A stretch of 64,000 bases of DNA from Candidatus Poribacteria bacterium (GTDB taxonomy: Bacteria > Poribacteria > WGA-4E > JAJDTR01): NCBI GenBank assembly GCA_965222225.1, contig CBDCTK010000002.1, positions 4,544,001 to 4,608,000 on the forward strand, written 5' to 3'. Below the pieces are notes generated by a model, which did not search any database, was not told the DNA's origin, and worked only from the letters and a program-made list of their open reading frames with translations. Below are positions 39,681 through 49,601 of the stretch, one piece after another (within the stretch, counting starts at the first letter, position 1; every line of letters begins with the position of its first letter). The position numbers and the translations under genes are program-made.

Positions 39681-39737
39681 GGCGGGGCAAGGGAATCTCT
39701 ATCGCCCTCGCTGTCCGCTCGCTTGATCTCCGCCTAC
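39681..39737 (+). repeat. REP hairpin with one clean 38-bp insertion
   Basis: GGCGGGGCAA, unit 39691-39728, then TCCGCCTAC. Confidence 0.82.
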
Positions 39738-39800
39738 GGAGAAAGAGAATGATAGGATTAAAGCATCACATTCACTGTTATTCAAGCGAACTGGTAAAAG

Positions 39801-39958
39801 TAACCCAAGTTGCCACTTACAAGATTTTAGGCGTGTAGACACTGTTCTTAATTGAGAATTATTCATTATTCACGGATATTTCGTAGCGCAAACTGTCAGT
39901 TCGCGCACTCACAGGCACAATCTAACAGATCGTGCTACAAAGGTGACAACTTAGGTTA
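39801..39958. mobile_element. Putative MITE with about 17-bp imperfect TIRs
   Basis: TAACCCAAGTTGCCACT versus reverse-complemented right end TAACCTAAGTTGTCACC; right half repeated at 34666. Confidence 0.55.
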
Positions 39959-40308
39959 AGTAAGAATGCCGAATATAGAGCCGATTCCTTTGACGCTTTT
40001 CAATTGCAAACCTATACAAATATGTGGCAATATATAGGTATTGCCAATAGGTGGAAAATTTAACTATGGATAAACGCAAGCGATTTACGCTCAAGCAACT
40101 CGACACAGGGGCATCACCGCAAATTACGGGGAACTATCGGAGACTTCATGGACGCTCGGTCGTCCAATGGACGTCATAATTCGTTAATTGAGGATGATTT
40201 GCCACGCTTCGAAGACCGACACCGTCAAGCCATCGAGTTTCTCCACAGACATTTCGTGTTCAAGGCTGGCTATATTCACTTTTGACACGAATCTCCATCT
40301 GAGGTCTT

Positions 40309-41181
40309 ATGACATATCAGGAAATCAAAGAATCTTACGAGCAGAACGGTTACGTTGCCGTTGAAAACATCATTGATGAATCCGAACTGGATCCCATGCG
40401 GAATTTCATCAAGGCTAGGGTAGACGAATATGCCAGTGAACAGTACGCGGATGGCAAACTTTCGTCGCTTTATGAGGAGGAATCCTTCACCCGCCGTTAT
40501 GCCGCTATCAGTGAAGAGCAGGGACTTGTGCCTCGCGGATGGTCCTTGGGCTCCTTTGGCCGCGAATTCTTCAATCTTTACAACCTGCCGGGGATCCTTC
40601 ACGTGGTTGGCCTTCTCCTTGGACCTGAGGTCTCGAATATTGGGGGACCAGCGCTACGGACAAAACTACCCGGCAGCGTAATTACATCGTTTCCATGGCA
40701 CCAAGACAGTCAGTATGTCGACCAGTCCACAATCGGGAAGAAGGAGAGGCGCACGGAACATCTGCATATGGTCACCGTATGGGTGCCGCTTGTGGAGGCG
40801 ACGGTCGAAAACGGCTGCTGCTGGGTCATTCCGGGGAGTCACCGCTGGGGCTTGCTTGACGGTGCGCGCGGCGAGGACTCAAACGTCCAAATGGAGGAGG
40901 ATGTGGAGGCGCGTGGCATCCCCGTTCCGGTTCCGCTCAAAACAGGAGGCGCCATATTTTTCTCGAACCTGTGCGTGCATTGCAGCAAACTGAATTCCAC
41001 GAAGGACTCTCGATGGAGCATCGACTTTCGATATTTTCCCACGCCGGATCGAGCAGACCTGAACCCGGAACAATGGAAAGCGGCTGACTTCGTGAAAAAC
41101 AAGACGCGGCCGCTCGTTGTGCTTTCCAAGGGGCCTAAAACCAGCTTTGAGGAATGGGAAGCAGTGCATCGCAGAAAGTAA
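40309..41181 (+). CDS. PhyH-family dioxygenase (HxD type)
   Basis: YEQNGY, FPWHQD, TVWVPL, ENGCCWVIPGSH, HCS, RWSIDFRY. Confidence 0.92.
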   Translation: MTYQEIKESYEQNGYVAVENIIDESELDPMRNFIKARVDEYASEQYADGKLSSLYEEESFTRRYAAISEEQGLVPRGWSLGSFGREFFNLYNLPGILHVVGLLLGPEVSNIGGPALRTKLPGSVITSFPWHQDSQYVDQSTIGKKERRTEHLHMVTVWVPLVEATVENGCCWVIPGSHRWGLLDGARGEDSNVQMEEDVEARGIPVPVPLKTGGAIFFSNLCVHCSKLNSTKDSRWSIDFRYFPTPDRADLNPEQWKAADFVKNKTRPLVVLSKGPKTSFEEWEAVHRRK

Positions 41182-41336
41182 CCTCAGTATGAGAGTTGTG
41201 TGCCTGCTCGTGCTGATGGTATGTGAGAATTTCACCAAATAGAAACAACGACAGATGAATTTGAGTTCCACGGCAGGCACTCCACGCCCGAAGCTAATCA
41301 CACCTACTCTTGACACGAGCCACCATCTCAAATATT

Positions 41337-42209
41337 ATGACAGATCAAGATGTCAAAGAATCGTACGAACAGAACGGATTCGTTGTCGTTGAAAATATTA
41401 TTGATGAATCCGATCTAGATCCCATGCGAGGTTTCATCAAGGCTAGGGTAGACGCATATGCCCATGAACAATACGCCGAGGGTAAACTTTCGTCTCTCTA
41501 TGAACACGAGCCCTTCACGCGTCGCTATGCAGCTATTTGCGAGGACCAAAGAATTGAGCCGCGCGGTTGGGGGCATGGCATTTTCGGTCGAGAATTCTAC
41601 GATCTCTATTCCCTCCCCAGCGTCATTCGCGTCATCAATCTCTTCTTGGGCTCTGAAGTCTCGAGCGACGGGCGCCCGGGCCTGAGGACAAAACTCCCCG
41701 ACAGCGAGATAACGTCGTTTCCGTGGCACCAGGACAGTCAATACTACGACCAGCCGACAATCGGGAAAAAAGAGCGGCATACTGAACCTCTGCACGTGGT
41801 CAGCGTGTGGCTGCCGCTCGTGGAGGCAACGGTCGAAAACGGCTGCCTTTGGTTCATTCCGGGGAGTCACCGCTGGGGCTTGCTTGACGGCGCGCGCCGC
41901 GAGGACTCAAACGTCCGGATGGAGGAGGATGTGGAGGTACGGGGCACACCCGTTCCGGTTTCCCTCAAAACAGGAGGCGCCATATTTTTCTCGAATCTGT
42001 GCGTACATTGCAGTAAACTGAACACCACGAAGGACGTTCGATGGAGCATCGACTTCCGCTATTTTCCCACGCCGCATCGCGCAGACCTGAACCCTGAACA
42101 ACGAAAGGCGACTGACTACATGAAAAACAGGACGTGGCCACTCGTCGTGCTTTCCAAGGGACCTAAAACCAGCTTTGAAGCATGGGAAGCGGAGTACCAC
42201 AGGAAGTAA
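41337..42209 (+). CDS. PhyH-family dioxygenase, recent tandem duplicate
   Basis: Highly similar to 40309..41181, including upstream TTGACACGA. Confidence 0.92.
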   Translation: MTDQDVKESYEQNGFVVVENIIDESDLDPMRGFIKARVDAYAHEQYAEGKLSSLYEHEPFTRRYAAICEDQRIEPRGWGHGIFGREFYDLYSLPSVIRVINLFLGSEVSSDGRPGLRTKLPDSEITSFPWHQDSQYYDQPTIGKKERHTEPLHVVSVWLPLVEATVENGCLWFIPGSHRWGLLDGARREDSNVRMEEDVEVRGTPVPVSLKTGGAIFFSNLCVHCSKLNTTKDVRWSIDFRYFPTPHRADLNPEQRKATDYMKNRTWPLVVLSKGPKTSFEAWEAEYHRK

Positions 42210-42324
42210 CCGCATTCCGACGGTGATGCATCCACGACTGTTAAGCGTTCGCGTAGGCTTGGACAAGGGAAGCTACAACCAAGAAACGTGGCGGTGGGTG
42301 CAGTTGTAATCTTGAGGTGTCGTT

Positions 42325-43161
42325 ATGGATGATTGTGAACGTTATCTTTTTGACCTAAGCGGTTTTCTGCATATCCCCGGTCTGCTATCGGCGACCGAAG
42401 CGCAACGGCTCTATGAAGCGGCGGTAGAGCTTGAGGAACATGCGCTTGCCTGCCAACACGATTCTCCCAAATGGCGCGCGGTTTGGGGACCCGAGTATTG
42501 GCAGAATCAACAATATGCCTATTTTGCGCAAATGGGCGGTCCCGCCGCCGCCAAGACGCTGATGATTGAGGATTTCTGGCTGTATCCCGAAGCGTTCGAC
42601 ATGCTAATTGGTCACGATCGCACCATGTCGTATGTGCGGCGCATCATCCAGAACGCTATCAGCATCAACAACTCTGAATTGAGGATAAGGTACACCAACA
42701 ACGCAAGTGGAATGCACATGGGTCATCCACATGGACGGGGGCAGAAATACCGTTACGAGGTCATTGATGGCGAGATTCAATCTACAATGGTTCGGATGAT
42801 TTATTTCCTACACGACGTTTCCATGGACGAAGGCCCCACCTGCTTCGTTCCCGGATCGCATCGTAACGAATTTCCCGTACCGGTTAACACTGCGTCCGTG
42901 GAGGATGAGCCGGGGGTTGTCGGGATACCTGTCAAAGCGGGTGACGGTATACTGTTTACGGAGGCCTGCCGGCACGGCGGGTTTGCCAACCGCACTGAAA
43001 AGACACGCTACACGTTGCACGTCGGCTACGGTCCGCACTTCCTGAAATCGCAGAACATTTCGACCATGGATGAGCCGGTGCATGTCACGGATGAACTGCT
43101 CGGTCGATTGTCCGATACCCAGCGGCAACTGCTTGTGCCCACCGAACGAATTGCTCTTTAA
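42325..43161 (+). CDS. PhyH-family oxygenase (HxG type)
   Basis: YLFDLSGF, MHMG, GPTCFVPGSH, AGDGILFTEACRHG. Confidence 0.88.
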   Translation: MDDCERYLFDLSGFLHIPGLLSATEAQRLYEAAVELEEHALACQHDSPKWRAVWGPEYWQNQQYAYFAQMGGPAAAKTLMIEDFWLYPEAFDMLIGHDRTMSYVRRIIQNAISINNSELRIRYTNNASGMHMGHPHGRGQKYRYEVIDGEIQSTMVRMIYFLHDVSMDEGPTCFVPGSHRNEFPVPVNTASVEDEPGVVGIPVKAGDGILFTEACRHGGFANRTEKTRYTLHVGYGPHFLKSQNISTMDEPVHVTDELLGRLSDTQRQLLVPTERIAL

Positions 43162-43269
43162 CTGTCCAACTCAGACGCGCGAACGTGACCTGTCCCAAAT
43201 TACATTGACATGAGTTACTCCGGTATCCCTTGGACAAGTTACGAGACGGCGGAGCGTGCCTACTAGTCT

Positions 43270-43312
43270 AAGCTATCTATCGCACTCGCTAATCGCTCGT
43301 TTAATCTCCTAC
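43270..43312 (+). repeat. Degenerate 38-bp unit abutting REP end
   Basis: CTATCGCACTCGCTAATCGCTCGTTTAATC followed by TCCTAC. Confidence 0.65.
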
Positions 43313-43501
43313 AGTAGGTTTGTTGTAACAATCTTCAACAATCAAGTCGCTAATTTCCCTCCTTAATATGTGTAAATGTGAATGGAAATGACTACAGCAG
43401 CCGATAACAGTTCCGTACGCGCTGCGGCGTATTCTTGGGTTCGGAAGCAAATACACGTTCACAGATACCAACTTCAGTAGAGTTTTCCTCATGGAGGCCT
43501 T

Positions 43502-44244
43502 ATGTCGATTGAATCGCCAACCGACTTTGGATGCATGCCACGCGTCGGAAAAACTGTCGCAGCGGCGTTGAAGGCAATGTCGGACTACGTCCGTCCGGGG
43601 GTTTTGACCGCAGAAGTAGATTGTGTTGGCGCAGAAGTTCTCAGGCAGCACGGGGCGCGGTCGGCACCGCAAATTATCTACGGTTTTCCAGGGGTCAATC
43701 TAATCAGTGTAAACGACGAAGTAGTCCACGGTATTCCCGGTAATCGTATGTTACAGCCCGGAGATCTGGTAAGCCTTGATGTTACCGCGGAGTTGGATGG
43801 ATACATTGCGGACGCGGCTACAACCATTCCCCTCGCGCCGTATTCCAGAAAGACTGCGCAATTGTGTCAGTGTGCGAGAACAGCTTTTGAAAAAGCGACC
43901 ATGGTTGCCCGCGCTGGTAGGCCTATCCATTGTATTGGAAGGCCGTTGAGCAAGAAGTGAGGAAAGGTGGATTTGCCGTGATTCAGGAGTTAGGAGGGCA
44001 TGGTGTTGGTAGACATATTCATGAGAATCCGTTCGTTTCCAACGTCTTCCAACCAACTGATGCGCAGCCGTTGACCGATGGCCTCGTCCTTACAATCGAA
44101 CCGCTGATTGCTGAACGATCGGCGAAGATCTTTGAGGACGACGACGGATGGACTATTCGGACAGCCGACGGTGGGCTATCTGCTCATTATGAACACACCG
44201 TTGTGATTAGGGATGGTAAGCCAATTTTACTTACAGCGGCATAG
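43502..44244 (+). pseudogene. map: Type I methionine aminopeptidase, frameshifted
   Basis: SVNDEVVHGIP and SLDV...YIAD in one frame; GHGVG.HIHE, TIEP and SAHYEHT in the next. One base missing near 43938 (GGA AGG versus expected GGA AAG GCC). Confidence 0.85.
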
Positions 44245-44351
44245 TCGTCTTGCCCTTCGACAATGTTACGACAGGCTCAAGGGACGCAAAACAATGAAAC
44301 GCTAGATACAACGAATCAAAGACTGGATAGCTAGTGCGAAGGTGTTCTAAA

Positions 44352-45152
44352 ATGGAACGCACATCTCCGCGACCAAGACAGTTCTGGGACGATCACGCAA
44401 CTCGGTTCAAGAATCGGAGTTTGGCGGAAGCCTATAACCTTCGTCCACCTTATCCGAATGAGATGTATCGGATTCTTCTTAACCTACTCGGGGATAAGCG
44501 CGGGAGAGTTTTGGATGTCGGTTGTGGGCAGGGTAAGATAGCGCGCACACTTGTTGAGCACGTAGAGCGTGTCGATGCAGTTGATTTCTCGCAGGAGATG
44601 ATTCGCGTGGGGAAGTCGATCGTCAACGGGAACCACCCTAACCTTCAATGGATTCACGGTAGAGTTGAAGAGGTGCAGTTGTATCCGCCGTACGATATGA
44701 TTATGGCCGGATCGAGTATCCATTGGATGGAGTGGAGCGTGGTTTTTCCGAGGTTCAAGGAAGTGTTGACAGCAGATGGATATCTCGCCATCTTTGATGG
44801 AGATCGTCCTATAGCGTCGCCTTGGCATGACGCAGAACTTTCACTAATCCGCAAGTATTCCACCACCAAGCACTATGAAGAAATGGATCTGATTAAAGAA
44901 CTTGTGGATAGAGGGCACCTCGAACTGATTGGGGACAAATGGACACAACCGGTTGGCTATTCTCAACGGCTCGCAGACTATGTTGAATCCTTTCACTCAA
45001 GGGAAAGCCTGTGGAAGGAACACATGGGCGAAGAAAATGTCAGGGCTTTCGATACTGAGCTATCGCATATCTTGTTAGACTTCGCCGATGATAAGGGATT
45101 CCTTAGTTTCCAAATAGGAACAAGAGTCACTTGGGGAAAGCCACTGGGATAG
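44352..45152 (+). CDS. Class I SAM-dependent methyltransferase
   Basis: RPPYP, VLDVGCGQG, AVDFSQEM, SSIHW. Confidence 0.9.
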   Translation: MERTSPRPRQFWDDHATRFKNRSLAEAYNLRPPYPNEMYRILLNLLGDKRGRVLDVGCGQGKIARTLVEHVERVDAVDFSQEMIRVGKSIVNGNHPNLQWIHGRVEEVQLYPPYDMIMAGSSIHWMEWSVVFPRFKEVLTADGYLAIFDGDRPIASPWHDAELSLIRKYSTTKHYEEMDLIKELVDRGHLELIGDKWTQPVGYSQRLADYVESFHSRESLWKEHMGEENVRAFDTELSHILLDFADDKGFLSFQIGTRVTWGKPLG

Positions 45153-45289
45153 GGAAGTGGTTCGCAACACCTAACACGTCCACTTAATATTACCTCGCAT
45201 TCGCCCTTTTATCTAATGGCAACCCGCTGCGCGGTGTCGCACGTAGCGAGAATGTGATGCGAAAGGCATTAATACGATTCTCGTGATCG

Positions 45290-46097
45290 GTGAGTTGGCC
45301 AGTGAGAGTTGAAAATCTTCCGGCGCCTGTACAGTCTCATTTGATGGGCTACACATCAGATGGGTACAATCTCAAGACGGAGTCCTGCGCGGACGTATTT
45401 CTTTACACTCACCCAAAAAAGCCGGGCCTGTTTCTTAAGGTTAGAAACACTCGATTGGCACCGCAGGAGTCGGATCTACGGACAGAGAAGATTGCCGTGT
45501 CGTGGTTGCAGGGCAAACTCAACGTTCCAAACGTGATTTGTGTTCATGAAGAGTGTGAGATTCAATATTTGGTGATGACGCAAATTGCGGGTGTCTCGGG
45601 TATTCACCAATCCGCAAAGAACGATATTCCCACTCTTATAGGTGAGTTCGCTTTCGGTTTACGCGAAATTCATTCAGTACGCATGGATTCATGTCCCTTG
45701 GATTGGCGCATGGAGTGCTATTTCTCGTGGGCGGAAGGTCTGATTGAAGTGGGAGCTCTAGACAACCAAATTCCAACTGGCAAGACCAGGACCTTTCCTA
45801 GGAATGAACTGTACAGTATTAAAGCAGGTCTACCTGCCAAGGAGGATTTAGTGTTTACCCATAGTGATTATTGCTTACCCAACATCTTGATCCATAACGG
45901 TCGCCTGAGTGGAATCGCTGATTGGGGATACGCTGGGGTTGGCGATCGATATGGCGACTTCGTGGAAGCTTACTGCACGATTCGCAGAAATCTGGGCGCT
46001 GAATGGGTACCTCTGTTCTTCGAAAGAGTATGGCCTCCGAGAACTAGATTAGGATAAATTGAGAGCGTACCAAAAGGTGCACGATTTCATTGGCTAA
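45290..46097 (+). pseudogene. Aminoglycoside 3'-phosphotransferase-like gene with damaged 3' end
   Basis: LFLK, WLQGKLNVP, CPLDW, HSDYCLPNI, ADWG, DRYGD. The expected tail EYGLRELD*DKLRAY lies in a shifted frame after about 46024. Confidence 0.7.
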
Positions 46098-46301
46098 AAG
46101 TAATGGTACACACCTCACATAACAATCTTCTAAGGTAGATACTCCTCGTTTTAACATCCAATGAAATAAGACGATTTCGCAGCGGGTTTTTATCAAAAAT
46201 TTTCGGTATTCCGGTGGGATGGATTTTGTATTTCTATCGTTTCACTCCACACTCAATTTCGTCGAAGATCGCCTCCTTTGCATTAACGTTTCACACTAGA
46301 T

Positions 46302-46643
46302 TCAACTCGTTGGGATTGTGTCATACATCTGGTCGTTAAATCCAACAAAGAACGTGTCCCCCACCTGCAATGTCGGTGCGCGCAGGTTGCCGCTTCGACC
46401 CATGACGGCTGCAAGAATGTCGTCTTGTGGGCTATTTTCCGGGTCGAACACATCAACCCTTTTGCCCTTTGCAACGTGGACGGATTCAGCGGTCTCAATG
46501 CGTTCCCACACGGCGCCGGATTCAAACTTCTCCTTTCCGGCATCTGTTCGACTCTCTACCTCAACACCCTTTGCGTCAAGAAACTCTTGCGCTTTTCGGC
46601 AGGAGTTTCAGTTCTTCCTGAAATACATCCAGTTTGCTGTCAT
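46302..46643 (-). CDS. ArsC-family (thioredoxin-fold) selenoprotein, UxxC, Sec at codon 12 (46608-46610), 113 aa
   Basis: RBS GGAGG 6 nt before ATG; MTANWMYFRKN-TGA-NSCRKAQEFL is in frame with ORF 46302..46511 (MGRSGNLRAPTL, VGFN); hairpin directly after the TGA. Confidence 0.88.
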
Positions 46644-47007
46644 TGACTTCCTCCATATCGGGATAGGACTGCGTGGTCAGCTACTTCGGAAAGCGGCGGT
46701 AATAATAGCGCGAAGAAGTTTAGCATAGTACCGATAGGTCTGTAAATGTAATTTGGTTCACCGCACAAGAGAGTCGCGTCTGTTTTGTGGCATGTAGTTG
46801 GCCCTATGGCGGTTAACACGCTATTGATGTAGGCGCGAAATCCGGTTCCCGACGGTTGGGGCAGGGCGGATTCTACGAGGGAATAAGTGGGTTTGTTTTA
46901 TGTTCGAGGTATTTCGGACGGGATTCCAATGGTCGAATCACTCAGCTCGTCAAATGACTCACATCAATCCTCCAACATTGTGTGCTTGAATCACCTTGAG
47001 AAAATAG

Positions 47008-47668
47008 AATGGTTTCGCCGTTTGGACTTGGGTGCCTTTGATTAGTTCAATTATATGGGCTGTAAATCCCGTATATGGGCTGTAAATCCCGGATGCAGTT
47101 TCCGTTCGGCAAAAGCGGTGGGTATCATAGGAATAGCCTCCTCATTCAAGACAGCTTTCAAATTTGTTCTGGCTCGCATGAGTCTCTGGTTGATGGTATT
47201 TGGAGATACCCGCAATGCTTGGGCAATCTCCTTGCTCCTCATGCCAGCCATTTAACGGAGCACCAAGACTTGACGATGGATCGCAGGGAGAGAAGCCAAT
47301 GCCTCATGGATTTGTTCGTTCCTCAGTTTTTCCGTGTGCGCATCCATGTCTGCTTGGTAATTCTCACTTTGGTCGGAAAGGAAAGCCGTGTCAACCCTTC
47401 TTTTTTCGGCTCGGTGAAATTCCTTGTATCGGTTAGATGCAATAGAATACAGCCACGCATAGAAATTATCCCATCGCCGTAACGTTGACAGCTTCCTATA
47501 GGCGTTAAGAAAGACATCCTGAGTTATATCCTCGGCGTCTTCAAATTGACCGACTTGCGCGTACACAAGCGCGAAAAGGCGCGCCTTATACTTATCAACC
47601 AGCAGCGCAAACGCCCCTGTGTTCCCTGAGAGACATTGATGAACGATATGTCCGTCGTCGGTATGCAT
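47008..47668 (-). pseudogene. ECF sigma-70 factor pseudogene
   Basis: DAEDITQDVF, FYAWLYSIASN and region 4 KEIAQAL..RLMRAR; in-frame TAA at 47252-47254; frameshifting 20-bp duplication at 47052-47091. Confidence 0.85.
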
Positions 47669-47795
47669 AGGTGCTCTTTCGTCATTAAATGGTTGTTACT
47701 GTCTATATAGAAGCCGCACGCTCCCAAATTATTACATCGGATAGGGTTTTTTTGAGAGAACAGTGGCAACGTGAATTGGGTTTGGCTGGAAACTC

Positions 47796-48599
47796 TTATG
47801 AACCTGTGCTTTGATAGCGCCTCAAGCCATAAAACCAGAAGAGATAGCCGACGCCGAGCATCACCAGCGCAACGACAGGTGCTCCGAACTGAAAGAGTTC
47901 CGGCATTCCGAGAAATTCCTCCTTTTGGAGGAGCCTCTGAGCGGGATAATAGGTCACGAAAGCGACGGGCAGAATAAATGTCAACACTAGCCGCACGGCG
48001 AGGGGATAGATGGAGATTGGGAAAGTCGCCGCCTCTTTGGTTGCGGTGATGAGCAAGTCCGTCAACTTGCCCGATTTCGTCGTCCATAGTGCCACGGTGG
48101 CACTGACGAGTATGAGGGCGAACATAATTGCGCCGCCACACAATACTGTCGTGACGGTAAACACGGCAACGCACATTGACCAGCGAATATGTGCGAGGTT
48201 CAGAGCAAGGATGAAAATTGCGACGCTCGTCAGCGCCCGCGCAGCGTGATGAAGTTCCACGCGGCTCGCAAGAATGTAGAATAGTGGAGGTACAGGTTTG
48301 ATTAGCACCGTGTCCAGTTCGCCACGAACAATATACCGGTCAAAATCATTCAACTGACTGCCCAATATCTGCATGAGTGAGTACGCCAAGTTCGCTAAGC
48401 CGTACAAGAATACAATTTCTGCCAGTGTCCAGCCGTCTAAGGCGCGAAACTTGCTAAGCAACGCGCCCAACAATCCGACCATACAGGCTTCGCCAGCAAC
48501 GATCGCGATGCACATCATCCAGAACGACAGCCGATATTGTAGTCGAGAGCGCACATACGCGCCTGCGAGAAGAAAGTAGAGCTTGAGATATCTTTGCAT
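47796..48599 (-). CDS. ABC-2 family (DUF990-type) permease
   Basis: LQYR, GWT, GELDTVLIKP, FPISIYP, GLRRYQSTGS. Confidence 0.9.
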   Translation of the reverse strand: MQRYLKLYFLLAGAYVRSRLQYRLSFWMMCIAIVAGEACMVGLLGALLSKFRALDGWTLAEIVFLYGLANLAYSLMQILGSQLNDFDRYIVRGELDTVLIKPVPPLFYILASRVELHHAARALTSVAIFILALNLAHIRWSMCVAVFTVTTVLCGGAIMFALILVSATVALWTTKSGKLTDLLITATKEAATFPISIYPLAVRLVLTFILPVAFVTYYPAQRLLQKEEFLGMPELFQFGAPVVALVMLGVGYLFWFYGLRRYQSTGS

Positions 48600-48787
48600 A
48601 GAGCTACGCAAGTTTCAGTATTAAAGTCTATCTTTTGAATCGATTAGGAGGTCTAAAATTGGAAGGGCAGAGAGTCCTCTTACATGCCACCCTCAATCCT
48701 CTGGAGCGGTAGACTCGAAGCTAGATGCATACGAAAAATCCGCGCCGTCCATCATTCCAATCCCATTCTTCCATCCTTCCATTCTTC

Positions 48788-49585
48788 TTAACCACCCTGA
48801 ACTACCAGTTTGCGGAAAGCCGCACGGTACCCAATCCGTCCAAGACCCATCAGCACAATCGCCCATGTGAGTTGTATCAACAGCGCGCTGACGAGGCTGC
48901 TTCCTGTTAATTGACCGACATAAAGCGCCGTTGGAGTGTAGATAATAGCGCGAAACGGCAACACCTCCGCCACCTTGGCTAAGAACGTAGGATAAAACTC
49001 CAGCGGCAAAAAGTAACCGGAAAACAACATTGATAGCCCCCATACGACAAAGGTGTTAATTCCGCGAATCTCGACAAGCCAGAAGGCGAGACTACCGATG
49101 ATGAATTGGATACTGAAAAGAATGAGATACCCCAAGAACACGCTAAATATAAAGAGCACCACAGTTAGGAACGATGGCGGAAGGGATAAATTGAAAATCA
49201 CATGAAACGAAATAACTTTCGGCAGCATGTTAAATAGCAGCGTATGGGCTGAGGTTCCGGCAGCCGTTGCAAGCGTCATCAACTGAAAATTGATCGGTTT
49301 CATTAAATCCGTGACGATCTCGCCAGTGCGTACCTTCTCTTCGACGATACGCGCCACCGGTAGGGTAAAATTGAAGGTCAGCAAAGTCTGCGAGATTACG
49401 ATATACGTCAGAATTCGATTAAGGTCGTATCCCGCTACCGATCTTTGGTCTGTATACAACGCCTTCCACAGATAGACGTAGATCAGCATAAAGAGCACAT
49501 TGACAAATAGCTCCATCCATAGCTCGAACCGATAGGTTAGCGTTCGCTGAAAGGCTTTCGCCGCAAAAACGAGATATTTCTTCAT
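48788..49585 (-). CDS. ABC-2 family (DUF990-type) permease
   Basis: TYR, GEIVTDLMKP, LFSGYFLPL, LPF, LVVQGG. Confidence 0.9.
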   Translation of the reverse strand: MKKYLVFAAKAFQRTLTYRFELWMELFVNVLFMLIYVYLWKALYTDQRSVAGYDLNRILTYIVISQTLLTFNFTLPVARIVEEKVRTGEIVTDLMKPINFQLMTLATAAGTSAHTLLFNMLPKVISFHVIFNLSLPPSFLTVVLFIFSVFLGYLILFSIQFIIGSLAFWLVEIRGINTFVVWGLSMLFSGYFLPLEFYPTFLAKVAEVLPFRAIIYTPTALYVGQLTGSSLVSALLIQLTWAIVLMGLGRIGYRAAFRKLVVQGG

Positions 49586-49601
49586 CGTGAATTTCCGGCA
49601 A

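Noticed and set aside
45290-46057. Functional aminoglycoside resistance gene
   Set aside because: Distant homolog with an altered catalytic-loop motif and a broken C-terminus.
47252-47254. Recoded stop in the ECF sigma gene
   Set aside because: It is TAA at an expected Tyr position, and the gene has other lesions.
48755-48787. Degenerate purine-rich octamer repeats (also about 4195-4230)
   Set aside because: Short low-complexity intergenic repeats with no further structure.
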